Shown here: positions 55,274-64,000 of the stretch, piece by piece
Numbering within the stretch: the stretch's first letter is position 1
Layout of the letters: each line of letters opens with the position of its first letter
Assembly (NCBI GenBank): GCA_904063045.1
Contig: CAJFCJ010000003.1
Span: forward strand, 2,029,106-2,093,105
DNA length: 64,000 nucleotides
Source of the DNA: Dimorphilus gyrociliatus
Lineage: Eukaryota; Animalia; Annelida
Direction: 5' to 3'
Position numbers and translations under genes: made by a program
The notes under the pieces: model-generated
The model's database searches: none
What the model saw: the letters and a program-made list of their open reading frames with translations, nothing else
Told to the model about the DNA's origin: nothing

Positions 55274-57499
55274 TTTCTTCAGCAAATGCCTTCAGCCGGC
55301 CACTTCAATTGTCGAATTAAGCCTATAAGACGTATAAGAAGAGAATATGTTTTAATTTTACTGCAACTCGCGTAATAAAATGATATTTATACCTCCTTTC
55401 CCTTTTGCATATCTGCCATAGCGTTCGAGCTGTAGAAAAAGAATTATTATTTTTTTTTTGACATAATAAACACTTGCGGAATTGTTGCCTGTCAAATCAA
55501 CGTTTAAGTATTTTTTTTTCAAGCAAGTTTTATTTGTACAAAATAAAAAAATCGTCGATTGATTGTCCTGTTTTTTTTAAACAGAACTTTATATCCTCTA
55601 CTTATCAGCCTATATTAAATATTTTTTAGGATCTAAGTTCACTTGATATAATTTGCCTTTTTTTTAAGCTATCGTGTCTGCTAAACCTTCAGCTTCCTTG
55701 AAGAAATCAATACTCTTAGAGATAAACATACTAAAATTCCCTTTTCATACAAAAAAGAAAATCTTTCAACTGACAAGGATACAGTATTCCAAATTTGTAC
55801 AATTTACTTTTCTTGACATTAACAATTTCTCACTTGTTTATAAATTGTATACTAGGATTTACTTTTTTTTTCTTATAGTTATTTTATTTCAATAATTGTA
55901 TTGTGTTTTTTTTGTATTCTTTGTCTTTTTTTATCATAAACTATTTATATATTTTTTGCTGTTAACAGTAAAATTAATTTCAAAAAGAGTACTTTTAATA
56001 TTGTTTCTATACATTTGGCACTTTTCTGAAAGCGATAACAACTTGCGATTTTCGTGTTGTTAAATGGGAGAGTATCGCGTTTAATATTAAGGTGAAAGTA
56101 TATGCTAAGCACAGTCAGTATTATTTTACTTTGTTCTTGAGTTTCGACTTATTTAAATGTAAAAAAGAACATAAAAAGGTTGACGGACAAGAGGTTTACT
56201 GGAAAGAAATGCAAGCAAAATAATGCTAAATACTTCACCTTTCCAATAACCTTTTCTTCCAGTCAAATCTTAGGAGGCCGTTACGGAAATATTTTATCTT
56301 TACCATCATTTTTTTTTCTTATAGCTTAACGCGAAAAACATTACTCACTCTAAGATCGGGAAGCGACGATCTCCAGCCAATCATATGTGCTGTTGTTCTT
56401 GGAATTGGTCGAGGCGAGGGCAACACCTGTTTTAATAACAATTCTAATTAAAATGTTGTTATGAATACGAAAAAGTAAATAGACTGAGAGTTGTATGAAT
56501 CATTGTATAATAAATTGAACAGACCTTAACCCTTTCTTCTATTGGTGTGATTTTCGGCAATTTAGTTTCTTGGTGAGCTTTTTCTTTCACCGGAAATTCT
56601 TCTTTTACAAGCTGTTTTTGTAAAATTCGTTATTTTAAAAACGTCTCCGTGATAGTAGAAAGTGTAACGATGATCATAGACGTTTTAGTACGGCATATAA
56701 ACCCGTCCGGGGTGTTTGTGCAGCAAACAGAGCAGACCTAATTGGGTAATTTGTTTGCTGTTTACATTTTTTTATTGCTACTAGGCAATTGCGTAATGAT
56801 TAACAATTATCTTTTAATGTAATAAATCACAAAATTGAAGAAAGAAAGAGGGGTAGAGTTAACAGAAACTTCTGGTAATTGATTTTCTTGCTAAAGGGGA
56901 GAATGTGATAAAACCTGATAATTTCGGTAATAAATTTAAAACTATATTAATCATATGACCCGAGGAATGTTAAAAAAAAGAGTTTGATAAGTTTTATAGT
57001 TAAAAAAAAAGTATCTTCGGTTAAAAAAATTCTGTATTTTTTATGTAATCAATCCTTACGTCGCGATATCTTGTTGTCATGAAGTTCCAATTTCTCGGCC
57101 ATGACTTCGCAGCTTTCGTTTCGTGATAGACGTGAGATTTCCTAGTGAATTATCACAGTACGTGTTAGAAATTCTTCAATTAATTTTTCAATCTTACCAA
57201 ATATCGTCTTGACCAACGTAATTACATCTAGCAACAGCTAATCCTTGATCTGGACGGGCCATTTCCGTTAGGATATGTATAATTAGTAAACTAACTTCTT
57301 TGAAATACTGTCTGCAATAATTAATCGAAATCTATCGCACAGTTCTATTATTCTCCTTGTTGTCATAGCAACTCTGATAATTTTGAACTTTGTGTCAAAA
57401 TTTCTATGTCATACTCTCTTAAATATTTTTAGTAGCTCGTCAAAAAAGATCAAACGTTTTTAGCAGCTTTTTCCAGCGTTTGACAATAAACGCTCCCCA

Positions 57500-57610
57500 A
57501 GAACGCGCATGCGCAGACACTTTCCTCTAATGAACCAATCGGTCTCATTCAAACTAGCTTAAAAACCAATCAGTACGATAGTTATCGGAAAAAAATCGAT
57601 TGGTAAATGG
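57500..57610. promoter_or_regulatory. NRF1-like palindrome plus CCAAT boxes (probable promoter)
   Basis: GCGCATGCGC 57505-57514; CCAAT 57535-57539 and 57566-57570; ATTGG near 57599. Confidence 0.45.
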
Positions 57611-59463
57611 TAGAAGTGACTCATAAGCATCGGCAGCATGTCGTCAAAATGCGAGTGCGTGCGTAATGGCCCGCTAATCCTCCTTATAATAGGTTTGTTT
57701 ACGAAAAGCGTGCATTCGCGCCCAGTATAAGATTCACCGAATGTTTAATGGAATAACGTATTTAATCTAGCCAAATAATATATTGAAATATTCTTGTTGG
57801 TTTTAAAAACTAACATGTTTAATCATTTTCAGAATCGTGTTTGGTGTTACGGTCCGCTCAAGGTAAGGAACCTTTTTCATGATTGTATAATTTCAATAGT
57901 GAAAGTCTAGACAGCTTTATGGTTAGCTCGTTTGTCTAGCCTAAACCGCAAAATAAACGCGTTGGAGAACAATGTAACCAATGCGTCTTTGGTGCCAATG
58001 CCATTAATATTTATTCCCGTATAGGATTTCAGTAAAAACACGCAACGGTTAATGTTCACTTTAATTCGCCGAGGCAAACGTGCACGGCATGTGTTTTACA
58101 TTTATGTCATTTGGAAAAAGTTTTTCAGGTTGCTACCGAACCGGGAATTGTGTTGAGGTGTGAGGGTACATGCTCTATTGCACATACGCAATGGTTATCC
58201 ACCTGTACCGCAATAATCTTTATTTGTATAGTCATATACAGTTTAACGTGTAGAGATATGTATAGATATATACTATGTGTAAGTTTATATATGACTATCT
58301 ATCTATATCTATCTACGTACTAGTGTCTGCGTCTGTGCGCAAATCTGTGTTCGCGACCAAGCTTGTCAGTGTTTTCTTACGGATGAGAATGTAACAATTT
58401 TTTATTGCATAGACCAGTAGGCTACTGCGCATTTAGGCGTGTAATGTGGATAGAACGTTAAGTAAACGATAATGATTTATCAACACACCTATATTTGAGA
58501 GAAATTGTTACATGGCGTCTCAGGCCTATTTATTTGACTGGAAATATATATCAGTATCAAAGAGGGACAGGGTTAAGGCCAAATGTTTGAATTTCTTCTT
58601 CCATTTCACGTCCCATTCAGTTTCCCTGTCTTGTACGCATGCGTACGGAATCAGCACGTTTTTATGATGACGTCACGGACAAAATGTAGCAATTTAATCT
58701 CAAAACGCGGACGATCCCCAGGCGCCTTGTTTATTCTGACTGTGAGTAAATTGTTATGATTTACAACAGCGTCTTTTCTTAAAAGAGAAAAGTTGTTACA
58801 CTCGGCAGGCCAACCTATTTGTTGTCATCTGTCTGTCTATCATTCTCTCTGTTCCTAGTTCGTCTTTCGCGACCTTTTTTGTTGACCTTTTGACTAATTG
58901 ACACCCGGGGAGTTATTTGAAATTCATAAAGGTTTGACGCATTGCAAACTGGTAAGTGATGAATATTTGACGAAATTATTCAAATCGTGATATTACTCTA
59001 TGTAGCTTCAATTTACTCTGAATAGAATTAGTCGAGTGTTTTCCGCTTCCTGATTGAGTAATAAGTTGATAATTAGGTCGTAGACAGTGGTGTGTAGACA
59101 CGGCGCTCAATGGCTTACTGCAGACGTCTGGATGTTTTACGAGGATCAATTGTAAAATGTATAATAGTATTTTTTTTCTAGTCACGTGACATTTCATATT
59201 ATGTTACATACCTGAATTAGCTTTGTATTTCCCCTATTCATTTTCGCACCATAAACTCAGTATTAAAAATTCCAGCATGGTTATACATACTGGTTCTCTA
59301 AAGGCGGTAAATGGCAGATTTTTGAGTAGTTAAATACAATGCAAATGATTGAAATTTACATATCTTACTTTTTGATGTATTGCTTTTATTTAACTATCAT
59401 TTGACGAGAAGAGCGGCTACCTTGACTATTGAATTTAATTACCCAACTTTTTTGTTATCACAG

Positions 59464-60711
59464 ATGATAAGGCATGCGACGCTATAACAATTAGTAAACA
59501 AGAGCTCATCAGGCCTTCGCCTTCTTGCCTAATCTTCTTACGTTCTTCCAATCATCACTTAAATCTCCTATTCAACGCTTCAGATTGCTGCCGGGCATCA
59601 ATCGAAATCCAAGAGAGGCCTTTGACAAATTCAAATTTCACTGCCGAAAAATACGATTTGTCAGAACAATTGGGTGTTGAATTTAAATGGGCAACGCGAA
59701 AGTCAAAGAAAATTTGGAGCGTCGTCTACAAAGTGCGCTTAAACGACTCATGTGGATGTGAAGCCTTGTGTATAAACGATCGGAGGTTCTTATGTGAAGA
59801 AAAAAAGACAATATCGTCTAAAACTGCTTTATTTGGCTGTCTTGCTATGGCTGTCTGTTTAGCATTCGCCTTCTCTCTAGTGCTATTGTGCAGAAGACAA
59901 AGAGCAAGGAGGGGAAGCTTGTTACCAGCTTCTCTGTCCTCCCAGCAAACTCAGGTAAATGATAATAATATATAAGTGATAAAACTTGCCCGCAAAAACT
60001 AGGCCTACAATCCGTCCGTCTAGCGCACGTCTGGATTTCCAGGCTAATAAATATGCATTAGTGACGTCATTCATATTCGAGCGCGCTGATTGGCTGAACT
60101 CTAGTGAAATCCCCTATCTCTTTTGTAACTGCTAGCCGACCGTCAGTGTCGGACGAGTAACAGCGTAGGAAATGTCTGGGCGAACTTATTGCGCTCAGAA
60201 ATTTCTATGCTTTTTAGAAGATTTTGTTAAGAGGAAGGAGAAGTCCGTAGAACGAAAACACCTTCGACAGCCACGATCAAAGCAGATCAAACACGCAAAA
60301 CGCGTCTCTAGTCAGTGTAGTAAAACGACCGACGTAAGTTTGTAATGGAAATCTCGCACTACAGTCTCTTGTTGTTTTGATTTTTGATTATATTTCGTTC
60401 TTAATTCTTCATTTTCCTTTCAGGTTTCGTATTCGCCAATTCGTCAGCCCTGCCACGTAGCGAGATCCGGTGACGGTGAGGGTTTTTCTCATGACCCTTC
60501 AGATGTCGTCGTTGACGACGGAGCACGCTTCCCGACCGTCATAGCCCCTCCAAATGTTAAAGCCGAAGACGCCCCTCCTCCCTACAGTCGGATACCAGTC
60601 GTGAATACAACCAGGCACAATTCATTGTCAGGTCTACGACGATCTCGACCTGAAGAACCTCCTAGGAGCAATAGTGTCAGTGTTGGTTCTCCTCCTCCAT
60701 ATAGAGCGTGA
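59464..60711 (+). CDS. Single-pass membrane protein with Cys-containing ectodomain and two PPxY motifs; 5' exon(s) unresolved
   Basis: Exon 59464-59954 is open throughout and includes TM ALFGCLAMAVCLAFAFSLVLLC followed by RRQRARR; phase-0 splice to exon 60424-60711 with APPPYS and SPPPYRA*. Confidence 0.75.
60062..60093 (+). promoter_or_regulatory. CRE plus CCAAT box inside the intron of the PY-motif gene
   Basis: TGACGTCA 60062-60069 and ATTGG 60089-60093. Confidence 0.5.
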
Positions 60712-61196
60712 ATACGGTCTTAGACCGATCTTCCTCTTCTCCCAAATGTACGAATGAACTAGTGAGTTTCCCGGTCTTCAAAAGGCCAGTGAGATTGTGC
60801 TATTTATCTCGGTGTAAAAAACTTCTTTATTGTACAGTCTAAAGAAATGACGCAAAACAACAATTTTTCTTTTTTTTTGACAAATGATCTGCCGCCTTTA
60901 AGCGGTCTTGTTATAATTAAATTTAATAATGAAGCAAGAAAATACAGTTTTTTGTTTAAGGCTGTTAAAGGTCACATGTTTTAGGTGCATAACGCATTTA
61001 ATACGCTTAAATATACAATCGGTGTTTAAAAATCAATTTTTTTACAGTTTATCAAAAGATTGTACGTCTTTTTTAATGAAATTCACAAATGGAAAGCGTC
61101 ACATACAACTGTATCAAAGCACTTGTATTTTCCTTAGAAAAGATCAACAAATAGTATTCTAACATCATAGCAACGTATTATTTCAGAATTCTTCTA

Positions 61197-63660
61197 TCAT
61201 GTTCCAAACTGTTTCTTTCTCAGAGCAGCTGGGAAATTGTTTGCTATTCTATCAGGTGTTTGTTCAACGACAACCATTTGCCCATTGAAACTTTGTCCAT
61301 AAAGAATGTACTACAGGAAGAGAAACAAGTAAGTAAGCATTTGACATTATGTTTTAGTATATACCTTAAACTCTTTACATTCGTGCAAACCGTCTCTTTG
61401 GGTTCCAGATGGATCAATAATGGAAATCGTTGAGTGCGTTTGAAGAATTATCTTATTGTTATTTGTCTCGTACTGAATATTCACGACAACATCTCCCAAA
61501 AAGCGTCTAGACCGCCAGGTGTCGTTCAAAACTAAGGCTCTTTGAGTATATTGACCTTTCTCAGAATCGAATTCAAATATCTAGGGAAAGTAAAAAAAAA
61601 ATCGATAATTTGAGGATTTAACATTTGACTTATAGTAAAATGAAGCAAATTCAACTACTACACATGCAAAAGTGGGGTTGTTTTTCAATATGTTTGCGTA
61701 TCTGTATATGCAATATATCGCGGCTTAATTTAAAAGAGCAAAAATAGGTCAGTTATTGAACGCTTTTCCGCTTCTGGTGATTAATGGTTCTAATCCGATT
61801 GCTGATAATTTTCATGATCAATCTTAATCAGAGTGAATAGACGTTTAATTAGCACCTAGACTAATAATAGAAATAGGAGACGCCGGAAGTGAGAACGACG
61901 GCGTCTCGGGGTGCCTTCGAACAAAGAAACGGCTGTATAATGTATACTTAATTAGCATTTAGCTAACCTTCTCGTCCGAATAGCTGGCGATTAGGAGCGG
62001 AAGTTGCGGATGAAAGGCCATTGCGGTCGGTTGAGCAGTGCTGTATTGCGGTAGGTTGTAGACCATCTGAAAATATGATAATTCATTTTAATTCGACTGT
62101 CACGTATTTCATATAAATATGACAAAATTGCCTATTTTCGTCTCGGCACTTGTCAACTGACTTTATTGTTCGATAAAATATACCAAAGATAATATATAGT
62201 AGATATTCCACTTAGCAAAACACCGCCCTCCAACGATCTGATCGATTGCAAACAACACACAGCTTCTTTTATCAATAATGAATAGGAATCACATAGTTTC
62301 CAATCGAGCCAACCGTTGGAAGGAGGCTTAAGCATAAAATTTACTGGAACTCGTAGACTTTTAAATTGGTGTAATAGAAGTTAACCAAAATCAGAACGAG
62401 GATTTTAAGTAAATAGAGTTAAAAATAGAAAAAACGGTCTGGATTTGTGAACAATCGCATATTGTCGTTTTTTTTATGACTTAGCCGTGGTGTTTTTTTA
62501 CTTGAGTTTTTGTTTATTAGGCGTTAATGTCATATCGCTGTTGTACAGGGTAACTCTTTTTAAGAGTTTTTAAAGAATATTCGAATCAATTATAATTGGA
62601 TTTTTTGTCTATGTGACAATCAGATGATACTTTGCTCATCTCTAAGACACTAATCTTTAATAATCCTTATTAATGTAAATGAACTCATACTTCTCTGGTT
62701 TTGACGTCGTAAACCTCAATGTTGGATCCATGATCTCCCAGTGCAAAATACTTTTCATCCTCACTAGTCTTTAGTACGGATATGACATCTCCTACAAAAG
62801 AATATGCATTTATACAAGAACAAATTAAAGATGTAGGCTATTATTTATATAAGATTGTCGGAGATCTGACATCAAAAGCCAACGCATTTCACACCTTTAC
62901 TATATTCTTTCATTAGTTATACTTGTTAATGTAATGGAATACGCTTATGTAGTCTCCTTATGACAAAACACCTAAGGGGTGTGGCTTTCAGTCAGATTCA
63001 TCAAAGAAGACCATTTTGTTAGTTCATATTACTGATGGAGTTACTTACCACCCTCCTTTATTGTAAAAACTTGACAGTCGTCTCGAACGTCAATCAGTAA
63101 GACTTTGCCATGTGATTGACAGCAGATAACGGCGTCTGCTAACACCAAAATTTTCCAACTAGGGTCTAGCGGCTTGGTTAACCTGATTTTTGTTAATTTA
63201 CTTCCACCGCCTTCTAGGGTAAACAAACGGGAATTTTTCGTATCAGAATAGGCTAACATCGTTCCCGACTTGCAGATATGGGAGCAAATTACGAACTTCT
63301 CGCCTCGGGCATTCAACTTTATCAACTTTTCCGCTTTTCGAATCAAGGACAGCGTCTGGAAGTGAAATAAAGCGGAAATGTGTTATAAAAATATACAAAG
63401 ATTTATAAAATTCATATAGCTGGAAACACGGAGATGCTCAATTACGACTAGAATACATGATATGCGCCCTTCCGATTACATGATTTCTAAAAATTAAATT
63501 GACAATATTGGTTAATTCGCTTCGGAAAAACTCCAGGAAATCAACAGGAGTGTTGAGAAAATTGAAATAAAATTTGCTTTTTATATTTTTGTGGTATCCG
63601 AGTACGGTGAGCAATGCAACAATGAGTTTTTGGATAATAGTATATTGCATTGGCTGTTAG
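61197..63660 (-). CDS. UTP4: U3 snoRNA-associated protein 4 (cirhin), 3' part; 5' end probably beyond the window
   Basis: WD-like exons KFVICSHICKSGTMLAYS, YFALGDHGSNIEVYDV, YNLPQY..PTAMAFHP..IASYSDEK|IFEFDS; C-terminal MVVVEQ..PAALRKKQFGT* matching the UTP4 KKKFGT end. Exons above 63350 not resolved. Confidence 0.8.
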
Positions 63661-64000
63661 AACATTTCCACATTCTATTCATAAAATCGATATTTACGCA
63701 TTAAATATCTCAACAATTTACTCAAAGTGAAATCTTTTCATTCTTTCAAAGTGCAATTAGGCTGCAGAATTCGTTAAATGACATGAAACTTTCGCTATTT
63801 AGAATCTTAATTCGAAATATTTATATAACAATAAATATCATTAATTTTTCAATAGAGGAAATTTAGTTTCTAATTGCTAGAATGACAGAATGTACATATT
63901 CCGAAGTATAAGCACACTGAATAGTCCTTTTGATACCTTCAAGGTTATTTACAGTCCATGAAAAAAAAACACAGCAGTTTTGTAATTTATACATGAAACA

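Noticed and set aside
62153-62335. 60-aa minus-strand ORF as a UTP4 exon or nested gene
   Set aside because: UTP4 splices RE|MVYNLP directly across it; no recognisable homology.

Overview
AT-rich, gene-dense animal nuclear DNA with mostly 48-70 nt GT-AG introns. The style and gene content (Dmbx, selenoprotein L, alternative oxidase) fit a compact-genome marine invertebrate, probably a spiralian such as a miniaturised annelid (inference). No prokaryotic features, CRISPR array, rRNA, tRNA or transposase were seen. By splicing across the ORF fragments by hand I support about 26 protein-coding genes: Dmbx, SELENOL (two in-frame UGA, SECIS), CEP192, two divergent NXT1-like paralogs, HROB, CSTF2, a coiled-coil/C2H2 protein, cornichon, glycogen phosphorylase, MGST1, a BTB-BACK-jacalin fusion, a ZPBP-like membrane protein, TRAPPC6B, SELENOF (UGA, SECIS), RPL13A (two intronic C/D snoRNAs), an intronless secreted orphan, FAM162, RFT1, LRRCC1, MCM6, a secreted repeat polyprotein, AOX, ANAPC2, a PY-motif membrane protein and the 3' part of UTP4. 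Best candidates for undescribed biology: (1) a 499-aa secreted precursor cut at KR sites into six Cys-patterned units predicted to be disulfide-stapled helical hairpins (47604-49438); (2) a BTB-BACK protein carrying a jacalin lectin where Kelch repeats normally sit; (3) a mutually exclusive 112-nt exon pair in glycogen phosphorylase; (4) a CRE/CCAAT intronic promoter that could yield a transmembrane-less PY-motif isoform. Family assignments are from recalled sequence motifs, not database searches.
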